Below, in pieces: positions 19,314 through 36,264 of a stretch of 64,000 nt of DNA. Both the position numbers and the translations under genes were made by a program. Within the stretch, counting starts at the first letter, position 1. The number at the start of each line of letters is the position of its first letter. Origin of the DNA: the human T2T-CHM13v2.0 reference genome, Homo sapiens. A model generated the notes under the pieces. It ran no database searches. It was not told the origin of the DNA and saw nothing but the letters and a program-made list of their open reading frames with translations. The stretch lies in assembly GCF_009914755.1 (NCBI RefSeq), contig NC_060932.1. One strand, given 5' to 3'.

Positions 19314-19524
19314 AGGAGCAGGTTGTTCAGTTTCCATGTAGCTGAGCAGTTTTGAGTGAGTTTCTTAATCCTGAGTTCTAGTTTGATTGCACTGTGGGCT
19401 GAGAGACAGTTTGTTATAATTTCTGATCTTTTACATTTGCTGAGGAGAGCTTTACTTCCAACTGTGGTCAATTTTGGAATAGGTGTGGTGCTGAAAAAAT
19501 GTATATTCTGTTGATTTGGGGTGG
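19314..19524 (-). mobile_element. Inverted 5' segment of a twin-primed L1PA insertion
   Basis: Reverse complement of the ORF2 sequence seen at ~22917-23133; begins right after the TSD copy TAAAATTACATATTAT (19297-19312). Confidence 0.93.
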
Positions 19525-19525
19525 T

Positions 19526-21303
<1,778 letters not shown>

Positions 21304-22302
21304 ATGGGGAAAAAACAGAACATAAAAACTGGAAACTCTAAAACACAGAGCACCTCTCCTCCTCCAAAGGAACGCAGTTCCTCACCAGCAACGGAACAAA
21401 GCTGGATGGAGAATGACTTTGACGAGCTGAGAGAAGAAGGCTTCAGACGATCAAATTACTCTGAGCTACAGGAGGACATTCAAACCAAAGGCAAAGAAGT
21501 TGAAAACTTTGAAAAAAATTTAGAAGAATGTATAACTAGAATAACCAATACAGAGAAGTGCTTAAAGGAGCTGATGGAGCTGAAAACCAAGGCTCGAGAA
21601 CTATGTGAAGAATGCAGAAGCCTCAGGAGCGAATGCGATCAACTGGAAGAAAGGGTATCAGCAATAGAAGATGAAATGAAGCGAGAAGGGAAGTTTAGAG
21701 AAAAAAGAATAAAAAGAAATGAGCAAAGCCTCCAAGAAATATGGGACTATGTGAAAAGACCAAATCTACGTCTGATTGGGGTACCTGAAAGTGATGGGGA
21801 GAATGGAACCAAGTTGGAAAACACTACAGGATATTATCCAGGAGAACTTCCCCAATCTAGCAAGGCAGGCCAACATTCAGATTCAGGAAATACAGAGAAT
21901 GCCACAAAGATACTCCTCGAGAAGAGCAACTCCAAGACACATAATTGCCAGATTCACCAAAGTTGAAATGAAGGAAAAAATGTTAAGGGCAGCCAGAGAG
22001 AGGTCGGGTTACCCTCAAAGGGAAGCCCATCAGACTAACAGCGGGTCTCTTGGCAGAAACCCTACAAGCCAGAAGAGAGTGGGGGCCAATATTCAACATT
22101 CTTAAAGAATTTTCAACCCAGAATTTCATATCCAGCCAAACTAAGCTTCCTAAGTGAAGGAGAAATAAAATACTTTACAGACAAGCAAATGCTGAGAGGT
22201 TTTGTCACCACCAGGCCTGCCCTAAAAGAGCTCCTGAAGGAAGCACTAAACATGGAAAGGAAAAACCGGTACCAGCCGCTGCAAAATCATGCCAAAATGT
22301 AA
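21304..22302 (+). pseudogene. L1 ORF1 (frameshifted)
   Basis: MGKKQN... start; frame lost after ...TKLENT; native end CATGCCAAAATGTAA at 22302. Confidence 0.93.
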
Positions 22303-22365
22303 AGACCATCGAGACTAGGAAGAAACTGCATCAACTAACGAGCAAAATCACCAGCTAACATCATA

Positions 22366-26165
<3,800 letters not shown>

Positions 26166-26614
26166 ACAATGAGAACACATGGACACAGGAAGGGGAACAT
26201 CACACTCTGGGGACTGTTGTGGGGAGGGATAGCATTAGGAGATATACCTAATGCTAAATGACGAGTTAATGAGTGCAGCACACTAGCATGGCACATGTAT
26301 ACATATGTAACTAACCTGCACATTGTGCACATGTACCCTAAAACTTAAAGTATAATAATAAAAAAATAAAATTACATATTATAAAATTCAGTATATGGAA
26401 AGGTTTACCAATGTGCCAATTAAGATGGGTCAGTTGATTTTCGCTTGGGTTCTGATAGTCTAACATTTCTAAAGCAGCTAAGCTTAACAGTGAATATAGT
26501 TAAGATTGTTTAATTAAATGTTTTGATCTTGCTAAACCTAAACTTCATTATTTAAAATAAGGAACAGAAAAATATTTTTTTTTAATTGCAGATGTCTTTT
26601 CTCTCCTCTTTTAG

Positions 26615-26788
<174 letters not shown>

Positions 26789-27582
26789 TGAGTACCATTC
26801 ACCAGCACTTCCGCTCCACTGTCAAGGCCTCCAAGAAACTCCTCAGGCAACAATAGTTTTCTTCAATGCTAGCCATTGGCATTAAATATGTAATAGCTAT
26901 TTATCTGTACAATAACCTTGTAAGCAAAGTGCCATGATCACCCCCAGTGTTGTGGATGATTAAACTGTAGCACGAAGAGGTTGATGTTCATGTAAGATCA
27001 TAGCAAGCCAGTAGGACTGCTTGGCTTTGCACAGCAGTGTCTACTTTGCAAAAAGAGTTGTGTTTTTTGCTTCTGATAACTTTCAGAGATGGTAAAGGAG
27101 ATTTCCAGTTTTGTTCTTTAGTATTCAATAGCTGCTTGCAATTTATTTCTATTGAATGAATAGTTACTGTGGGCCTACCATTTATCAAGTAATTTTGCTG
27201 GGTGTTGAGGATGGGGTGAATAAGTTGCAGTTCCTGCCATTAAGGAAAGTGCAGGTGAGAAAGGGAGGCAAATATGCCAGCCATTGCAGTAGATGATAGG
27301 CAGATGAAATATATTCCTTGGGGTATTTATTAAATTTTTTAAATCATCTTTAATTCGTATACTGGAGTGAATTTGTCATTTTGTGTAGATAATTTGAGGA
27401 AATAATATATTATTTTTGTTGTTAGAGATCATTGTTAAGATGTCAGAAGTCCAAATTAGTTTCTGAAATATTGTGATATTTAATATAAGTATATGGCAAG
27501 TTAGTGACCCTAATGTTTTATTATGTTCCCCAGGTAGCCTATAAATAACCCAGTACTCATATAGTCATTGAAATCTGTCTGG

Positions 27583-28050
27583 AGCAGCACTGTCTAGTAG
27601 AACTTTCTATAATGACAGGAATATTTCATGTAAGTGCTGTCCAAAATGGTGGCCACTGGCTTCATGTGGCTATTGAGCAGTTGAAAATTAACTAGGCCAA
27701 GGAATCATAGCTCATGCCTGTAATCCCAGCACATTGGTAGGCCGAGGTGGGAGGACTGCTTGAGGCCAAGAGTTTGAGACCAGCCTGGTCAACATAGCAA
27801 AACCTTGTCTCTGAAAAAGGAAAAAAAACAGAATAAAGAATTGGCCAGGCCTGGTGGCTTGTGCCTGTAGTGCTACCTACTCAGGAGGCGGAGGTTGCAG
27901 TGAGCAGAGCAGTCTGAGCGACAGACCAAGACTCTGGTCGGGGGAGAGAAAGATAACTAGTATGACTAAGGAACTTGAATTTTTAGTGTTATTTAATTTT
28001 AATAATCACATGTGCCTAGTGGCTATCATGTTAGATAATACATGTCTAGA
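27583..28050. mobile_element. MER3-like DNA transposon split by an internally deleted AluJ-like element (~27695-27950)
   Basis: CAGCACTGTCTAGTAGAACTTTCT...GTGGCTATTGAGCA left part and TTTAATAATCACATGTGCCTAGTGGCTA right part; TAACTAG on both sides of the Alu. Confidence 0.75.
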
Positions 28051-28956
28051 GTGAGTTTTGAGGGGTACAAGACAAATGATTTCAAGACCTATTGTAAGTT
28101 TCCCAAGTCTCTGGTAGGATTTGTCAAAATTTATTGAGTGCCTGCAATGAATTAGGCTGAAGGTGGGATTACAACAAAAAGGAGTCATGGTTTTAGCTTT
28201 GAAAGGTTTATAGTGTAGATTCATGACTTTAACACTTGCTTATAAAAGAAATAAAGGTTTTATTTAATCAATTCTTACCTAAAACCCCAATAAATCTAGA
28301 AGATAAAAGTGTAAGTGCTCTAGTTGAAGTGGAGGAAGAGGGCCTTGAATGATGCTCATTCTCTTTTCATAAAGCTGCCTCTACCCACCCATATCATCCC
28401 TGAGGATGATAGAATCCTTGTGATCCACATTAGAAAACCCTTGGTTTTAACAGCTTTACAAAGCAAAGTTCAGGGACTTTCCTATGCTATTAGTCATCAA
28501 TTCCCATTGTATTTGCCTTTATGTGTTTCTTACTTCCAGTCCCTTCATTTTAACGGTGCAGGCTAGATTCTTGTATCTTGGATCATTGAAGTAGCCCCAA
28601 ATCTATTGACAGTCACCCTAGAACCTACTTTCACAAGAATAGTAGCTGCTGAAATACGTGATGGTTGTCTGAGGTCTTTAATTTGTCACCTTTGTCCTAA
28701 GGGCCTAGTTTTCCGTGTTCTCCATAATGTAGTTCTGTTCTGGCTGCTTCTCTTTTGTGACTTTGTCCCTGTTGTCCTTCCCTTTCTAAGTGAAGCTGTC
28801 TCAGTAAACCTCTACATGCTTCAAGTTCAACATTACATCCCATTTCATCCATATGCTCACTCCAGTCTAAGTAAATCTCTAGTTTGAGTTTTATTGTAAC
28901 TAAAATGTATTAGCCATCCATTTGGGAAATTAGAGAGGAAAATTCCTTTTCCCTAA

Positions 28957-28998
28957 TAATAGGTATCAAATAATAGGTATCAAAAAATAGGTATCAAA
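28957..28998. repeat. Three 14-bp tandem units (T/A)AATAGGTATCAAA in intron 3
   Basis: Directly visible. Confidence 0.9.
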
Positions 28999-29866
28999 AG
29001 CTATTGCTGTCATTCAGAAAACAATGTCTAGATTAGAAATGTATCAGAGAAACAATCAGCAGAAGAAGGGTGGAAAGAAAAGCAGAATAGTAAACTGTGA
29101 AAATGGTCTATAGGTGAATCTGGTATTCCTTCCCAGAACTGGTTTCCTGGTTAAGAATCCCTGTGCTAAACCCACAACATTTATCAAACATTTATCATGT
29201 TGAACTGCTTTTGCTTTGTCTTTTAGTCTTCTATGGATCATAAGCCCCAAAAGGGTGAGGACATTATCTACTGTTTGTTTATATGTACCAAGTATAGTGA
29301 TATACACACAGTTGGTGCTGAAGAAATTCTCATTAATTCCAAGTAGAGTGCAGATTTGTACACAGGACTGTCTCCCATACAAGAGCAAGCCAACCTGATA
29401 ATTCATTTCCACTTGTCTTAGTTGAGTTTTAAAGTTACCTTCCATCATCATAGAAATTATTTGATGCATCCTCAGGTTCTGATAGTTGCTGGCTTCCTTG
29501 GCTGTGAAGCCACTACATGAACAGAACTTCATGCTGAATTTTTAAATACAGTGCTTAGGGATTCACAAATACTTAAGTGAGCCCAGAATGTGAACAGATT
29601 GAACAAATGTTCAGTGTAAAGTTGTCCACAAATGAGAAAATTATTAGGAGCTAAAATGTTTAAAGGAAGGGGGGAGGGTAATTGTATGAGGGAATAAAAC
29701 AGTTGTACAAATCATCAAAAAAAAAAAAACAATGTAAAATATTTTTGTAAGTGTCGAAGTATCTTTAGGTAGATTGTTGGTCAAACTTCATATGGTTGTT
29801 CTTTAGGACACTGTTTATAAGTCGGTGTTGTAAATCTGATGTGAATTTTTGTTTCTTTTTTCTTAG

Positions 29867-29938
29867 ATTTTTGCCTTTATGACGACAGCTTGTTATGGTT
29901 GCAGTTTGGGTCTGGCTTTACGAAGATGGCGACCGTAA
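29867..29938 (+). CDS. MAL2: MAL2 exon 4, coding part: IFAFMTTACYGCSLGLALRRWRP*
   Basis: T-rich tract plus TAG acceptor ending 29866; TAA at 29936-29938; matches the MAL2 C-terminus. Confidence 0.97.
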   Translation: MFAFMTTACYGCSLGLALRRWRP

Positions 29939-30365
29939 CACTCCTTAGAAACTGGCAGTCGTATGTTAGTTTCACTTGTCTACTTTATATGTCTGATCAA
30001 TTTGGATACCATTTTGTCCAGATGCAAAAACATTCCAAAAGTAATGTGTTTAGTAGAGAGAGACTCTAAGCTCAAGTTCTGGTTTATTTCATGGATGGAA
30101 TGTTAATTTTATTATGATATTAAAGAAATGGCCTTTTATTTTACATCTCTCCCCTTTTTCCCTTTCCCCCTTTATTTTCCTCCTTTTCTTTCTGAAAGTT
30201 TCCTTTTATGTCCATAAAATACAAATATATTGTTCATAAAAAATTAGTATCCCTTTTGTTTGGTTGCTGAGTCACCTGAACCTTAATTTTAATTGGTAAT
30301 TACAGCCCCTAAAAAAAACACATTTCAAATAGGCTTCCCACTAAACTCTATATTTTAGTGTAAAC

Positions 30366-30586
30366 CAGGAATTGGCACACTTTTTTTAGAATGGGCCAGA
30401 TGGTAAATATTTATGCTTCACGGTCCATACAGTCTCTGTCACAACTATTCAGTTCTGCTAGTATAGCGTGAAAGCAGCTATACACAATACAGAAATGAAT
30501 GAGTGTGGTTATGTTCTAATAAAACTTATTTATAAAAACAAGGGGAGGCTGGGTTTAGCCTGTGGGCCATAGTTTGTCAACCACTG
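30366..30586 (-). mobile_element. MER58A hAT-Charlie MITE inside the MAL2 3'UTR
   Basis: ~220 bp with CAG...CTG termini; body matches the remembered MER58A reverse complement; 8-bp TSD GTGTAAAC (30358-30365) / GTGTAAAA (30587-30594). Confidence 0.88.
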
Positions 30587-30718
30587 GTGTAAAACCTTAG
30601 TTATATATGATCTGCATTTTCTTGAACTGATCATTGAAAACTTATAAACCTAACAGAAAAGCCACATAATATTTAGTGTCATTATGCAATAATCACATTG
30701 CCTTTGTGTTAATAGTCA

Positions 30719-30752
30719 AATACTTACCTTTGGAGAATACTTACCTTTGGAG
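30719..30752. repeat. Perfect 17-bp tandem duplication AATACTTACCTTTGGAG x2
   Basis: Directly visible. Confidence 0.95.
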
Positions 30753-32102
30753 GAATGTATAAAATTTCTCAGGCAGAGTCCTGGATATAGGAAAAAGTAA
30801 TTTATGAAGTAAACTTCAGTTGCTTAATCAAACTAATGATAGTCTAACAACTGAGCAAGATCCTCATCTGAGAGTGCTTAAAATGGGATCCCCAGAGACC
30901 ATTAACCAATACTGGAACTGGTATCTAGCTACTGATGTCTTACTTTGAGTTTATTTATGCTTCAGAATACAGTTGTTTGCCCTGTGCATGAATATACCCA
31001 TATTTGTGTGTGGATATGTGAAGCTTTTCCAAATAGAGCTCTCAGAAGAATTAAGTTTTTACTTCTAATTATTTTGCATTACTTTGAGTTAAATTTGAAT
31101 AGAGTATTAAATATAAAGTTGTAGATTCTTATGTGTTTTTGTATTAGCCCAGACATCTGTAATGTTTTTGCACTGGTGACAGACAAAATCTGTTTTAAAA
31201 TCATATCCAGCACAAAAACTATTTCTGGCTGAATAGCACAGAAAAGTATTTTAACCTACCTGTAGAGATCCTCGTCATGGAAAGGTGCCAAACTGTTTTG
31301 AATGGAAGGACAAGTAAGAGTGAGGCCACAGTTCCCACCACACGAGGGCTTTTGTATTGTTCTACTTTTTCAGCCCTTTACTTTCTGGCTGAAGCATCCC
31401 CTTGGAGTGCCATGTATAAGTTGGGCTATTAGAGTTCATGGAACATAGAACAACCATGAATGAGTGGCATGATCCGTGCTTAATGATCAAGTGTTACTTA
31501 TCTAATAATCCTCTAGAAAGAACCCTGTTAGATCTTGGTTTGTGATAAAAATATAAAGACAGAAGACATGAGGAAAAACAAAAGGTTTGAGGAAATCAGG
31601 CATATGACTTTATACTTAACATCAGATCTTTTCTATAATATCCTACTACTTTGGTTTTCCTAGCTCCATACCACACACCTAAACCTGTATTATGAATTAC
31701 ATATTACAAAGTCATAAATGTGCCATATGGATATACAGTACATTCTAGTTGGAATCGTTTACTCTGCTAGAATTTAGGTGTGAGATTTTTTGTTTCCCAG
31801 GTATAGCAGGCTTATGTTTGGTGGCATTAAATTGGTTTCTTTAAAATGCTTTGGTGGCACTTTTGTAAACAGATTGCTTCTAGATTGTTACAAACCAAGC
31901 CTAAGACACATCTGTGAATACTTAGATTTGTAGCTTAATCACATTCTAGACTTGTGAGTTGAATGACAAAGCAGTTGAACAAAAATTATGGCATTTAAGA
32001 ATTTAACATGTCTTAGCTGTAAAAATGAGAAAGTGTTGGTTGGTTTTAAAATCTGGTAACTCCATGATGAAAAGAAATTTATTTTATACGTGTTATGTCT
32101 CT

Positions 32103-32108
32103 AATAAA
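32103..32108 (+). terminator. MAL2: Distal polyadenylation signal of MAL2
   Basis: AATAAA with a downstream GU/U-rich element at the end of the UTR-like block. Confidence 0.8.
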
Positions 32109-32348
32109 GTATTCATTTGATAATCTTTGTGGTCATCTTTTACACCATTCACTTTGAAATTCAGTTAAAGGTTTGATATAAATTTGGCAGAGCTTATAGA
32201 ATTATAATGTATAAAAAGTTCTGTTTTAAACATTTCTGTGTAAAAGTCTCTCAGGAATTGTCAGTAAGTCTTTTTTCTTTGATGAAGGTGAAAGAGGCAA
32301 GTCTTTGGAAGTAACGTTGCAAAGGAAGTTTAAATGAGAATTCTGTTT

Positions 32349-32622
32349 TGCCGAGTGTGATGACTTATGCCAGTATTCCCAATACTTTGGGAAGCTGAGG
32401 CAGAAGGATCACTTGACACTAGGAATTCAGGACCAACCTGGGCAATATAGCAAGACCTCATCTCTACAAAATAATTTAAAAATTAGCTGGGTGCATGTGG
32501 CACGTGCCTCTAGTCCCAGCTACTTGGGAAACTGAGGTGGGAGGATTGCTTTAGCCCAGGATGTTGAGGCTCCAACCTGGGTGACAGAGTGAGACCCTGT
32601 CTCACATACACACAAAAAAAAC
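32349..32622 (+). mobile_element. AluJ-like element with a right-arm deletion
   Basis: Degenerate Alu dimer; GAGGCTCCAACCTGG junction lacks part of the right arm. Confidence 0.85.
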
Positions 32623-33465
32623 CACTATCCATGCTAAAAAGAATTGTTTTATTTAAAAAGCATTCATTTATACCATGTTTTATATGTTTCAGGCATTTTT
32701 TTCACATATTCATTTATTTCTCATCATAACAACCCTATGAGGTGTATACTCTTATCCCATTTTAAAGGCTTGGAGACTAAAAAACCTTAAGAAACACCCA
32801 GTGCTGCCTGCCTAGCAGGTGAGAAAGCTGGGACTTAAACCCCAACAGTCTGACTCCGAAGTGCAGACTCTTAATTTCTGTTTGCCTCAGTTCACCCAGA
32901 TTTTATATCTATATCCAAAAATGTGATCTTTTCTTCACCCAGAGAAGTTTTAGCAGAATGTTTAACATCATAGTTATTGTAAGTGTCATATCTTAGAACA
33001 TTTTTGTCATAACCAAGGACTCATGATTTTAGCTGTAAGAATTTAAGCCAAACCTGCATGATGGAGAAAAGGTTAGGCCACTTGCCTCTAGAACGGTCCC
33101 TGAGTGCTTGTCTACCTGAGTGTTTTTCCACTTTGTCACTTCTGGCATGAACTATGGGGGCTTTGGTCTGCTGTATTACCTTACATTGAGTCAGCCTTTT
33201 CCCAAATTATCCAGCCTTCCAGGGATGTCTGGAACTGACTTCAGAAAGGTCTTCCAGTCTGAGAGATGCCATTCGATCTTGAGCATGGACTATGAATTTC
33301 CACCTCTGAATACTCTAGAATCTGGAACTCTGGATCACTGTCATGAAGGTTCTATCATTAACAACATGCCTGAAGTTTGTTAATTGGTGAATCAGTGTCT
33401 CAGGTGTCAGCTTAATGTATTCATCAGGCAGGGGTCCAGAGTATGGGGATAGCAATGATCTTTAA

Positions 33466-33594
33466 CCTATCTATGCCTAGTGTTCCATTATTGGAACATT
33501 AAGCTTGTGGGAGTTATTTATATCCTACTGCTCAAGGTCATCGCCAAGGTCTGATTTTTCACAAAAAACACTTGCAACCTCTGGCAAAAATTGG
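33466..33594 (+). mobile_element. MER85 piggyBac-derived MITE
   Basis: TTAA at 33462-33465, then CCTATCTATGCCTAGTGTTCCATTATTGGAAC...CTCAAGGTCATCGCCAAGGTCTGATTTTTCAC...GCAACCTCTGGCA; right target site reads TTAT. Confidence 0.9.
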
Positions 33595-34062
33595 TTATAA
33601 TATGTTTAATGTTTTGAATGTCCAGCTTTGTAACAAAAAAGGACGTTAGTTATACTTTTATTAGGCTGTGCCCCTAGCAAAAGGACAATCCTAGTTCCTC
33701 TCTCTGGAGCACTTTTTTCTCAAGTTACCTACAGAGCTGGCTTTCTCACCCTCTTTGGGTCTTTGCTTAGTCATCACCTTTACAGTGAGGTCCTACCTCA
33801 GAACCACATTTAATCTTGAATCTCACACTAGCACTCCCTGTTCTCCTTTTCTACATTTTTCTCCATAGCTCTTAGGACATACTTTATGTATAGTGTATAT
33901 GCATATAGCATTAATTTATTATATTTGTCCTCTTCTCCACTAGAATGGAAGGCTTGTGTTTTGTTAATTTTAGACAGCAGGTTTTAACAGTTGTCTCCAT
34001 TTTTGAGCATACATAGTTTATGCATGTGGAATATATGAACTGGTGTCCGCCTATTTTAAGTA

Positions 34063-34142
34063 TTTGGTTGGTTCAAAAGTAATTGTGGTTTTTGCTATTG
34101 AATGTAATGGCAAAAGCTGCAATTCCTTTTGCACCAATCTAT
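34063..34142. mobile_element. MADE1 (Hsmar1 mariner MITE), 80-bp near-palindrome
   Basis: GGTTGGTTCAAAAGTAATTGTGGTTTTTGCTATT...TAATGGCAAAAGCTGCAATTCCTTTTGCACCAATC, flanked by TA on both sides. Confidence 0.9.
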
Positions 34143-36264
34143 TAGTAAAAGTTTAATTTTATGTTCACAAAATAGTTAAAATATTTCCTTTGTCACTCTG
34201 TGTATTATCTTGCATATTTCTTTAAGTACACATACTCCATTTTAGAGGCCATAGGAATAGAATATTGGCTTGGAGGGCATAAAACTGGACTATCTCCTTT
34301 GCTGTTTTGATGGATGTGTCTAACACAGGCTGGCAGCCATAAGCATTGAAATTGGTTTCTCAGTAAGACGATAGGTACTCCATTTCTTCAGAATGACTAC
34401 ATTGACTAAATCTCAAAAATTAACTCTTGGCCAAATATGCTTTCATAGAACAAACAAATTCTCAACAAAAAAAAAATGTGATATTATGTACTTTTCCAGT
34501 GTGGGATAACTAAGTTGACCAGACTTAGTCTTGTTTTTTATTTTAAATTTAATAGTTAGTTATACTTTCAATGTGAATTAGGGAATTATAACTTGCACAT
34601 CAATTGCGTGATTTCATGGATATTATTCAGTATGAGAATAAGTATTGTGAAAAAATAGTCCATTTAACATTTGTGGGACCTGAGGTGAGCCACTTAATTT
34701 ATTCAAGCCTAAGTTATCATCTACCAGTGATGATGATGCAAGTCTGGGAGAGGAGGTCCTTTGGAAAGAAGAAGCCAAGATGCAGTTCAAAGTACGAGAT
34801 GTTTGTTGGAGATAATGCCTATAAAATATAAAGAGGAGAGAGAGCACAAGCAGGAAAAAAAATATTTCTGCCCCTGATATAGGTTTGACTCACATGAAAG
34901 GAGAAGTAAGATTAGGTAGGAAGAGCCTCAGACTGTGCTCATTCTGAGAAAGTCTCAACCAATTTAGCAGTGAGCTCCAACACCAAGACTGCCCATAGAG
35001 GAGGAGTCTCACACTAGCTGGAAACGATGAGCCCTGATACCAACACCATGTGCAGTCATTGCCTGTGGACTGCCCAGAATGAATGGCCTCAGCTCATTGG
35101 TGTGGACACTGAAGGAAGATCCTGAGGGTATCTGCAACTGGTGCTGTCAGATAACTGCACTCCCTGTGGATGGTTATCTTTTGGAGATCTAAATAGCACA
35201 CTTCATAACTGCCACTTTTCACCCCTTGTACCAAATCAATCCACTTCTCCATGCATATCCTGGGAGCTACTCCTCAGTGGGCCTCTCATCCTGAGGGTAA
35301 GACTTTTAAAAAAGAAAGGTTAGTGGGTCAAACTCAGCCACATCACTGCAGTTGGTCTTGGGGCCACAACTGGTATTCATCTCTCTCTCCAACCATCCAT
35401 TCTGAATTGTCTTAGCAGCTATCACCTACCTTTGCAGGTCTGGGTGAATTATCTGGTGGTGTGACCCACACACTCATTCTTGAAGGGTCTGAAACCAAGA
35501 CAACAGTAACTTTTTCAGGTGGGGGTCACTGCACTTGTCCATCCACAGTCATAATTGGACAAGGAATTACCACAAAGGTGCCCATGTGGATCACCTGAGT
35601 TTCATACATATTCCTATTTCTATTGTGTAATAACAGCCCTACATACCTTTTTATCAGGATAAATTACCCCTGCAAAAAGGGCAACTCCTTCCTGCCCGCT
35701 TGGTGCTTAAAGACTCCAAAATGCCTCAACAGCAGCCACAGCTTGTAGTTCAATAAAACCCTTGCTCTGCCCCAGATAAGAATAAGCCTCCTTTGGAGAT
35801 CAGAATGGTAATCAAGCAGAACCCCAAACTGTAAGGATGGGAAGCACAAAATCCATAGTGAGTCACTGGGAGTGATGGTAAATGAGGCCACTCCTGTTTT
35901 CATCTCTCTTTTCCCAGGCCGATTAGTTTTTCCTTTTGGGAACACAATACTCTATAGAAGTTTCAAATTCAAATTCAATGTGCATGTGGCATTCAGGAAA
36001 ATGGCACCCCACTGTCATGGGTATTGCCTCTGTGCTGGTGCTTCAAATGTGCTTTTAGCAGGCTATTCCAACACTATCAGGCTGGTTGATCCTGGATCAT
36101 GAATTATGTGATATGGTCAATGACCACAGTCATGGGGCTATCTCCTGGTTAGATGCTAAGTTGAGTGTGATTTCATGCTTCTGGAGCAAGCACTCCATAA
36201 GCCCACTGCACATGACTGTATATATTCTCACATCGGAGCACTTTTATTCCACAAAAGTGTCATC

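Larger units (their letters stand above)
29939..32125 (+). other. MAL2: MAL2 3'UTR (~2.2 kb, end approximate)
   Basis: AT-rich sequence from the stop codon to AATAAA at 32103, followed by a GT/T-rich element (TCTTTGTGGTCATCTTTT). Confidence 0.8.

Noticed and set aside
26575-26614. Upstream alternative acceptor (T-run, AATTGCAG at 26591), 23 nt before exon 3
   Set aside because: It would frameshift to a stop at 26715. The AG sits only ~6 nt after a plausible branch point (TTTAAT), and the downstream AG has the better pyrimidine tract. No support without RNA data.
29056-29532. 158-aa minus-strand ORF in intron 3 (also 14104-14526, 54282-54665, 55841-56266)
   Set aside because: No domain similarity or coding-like composition; they overlap ERV, microsatellite or MIR sequence or are chance frames.
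33466-33594. Possible snoRNA or other small ncRNA gene
   Set aside because: The sequence, TTAA target site and termini are explained by MER85.
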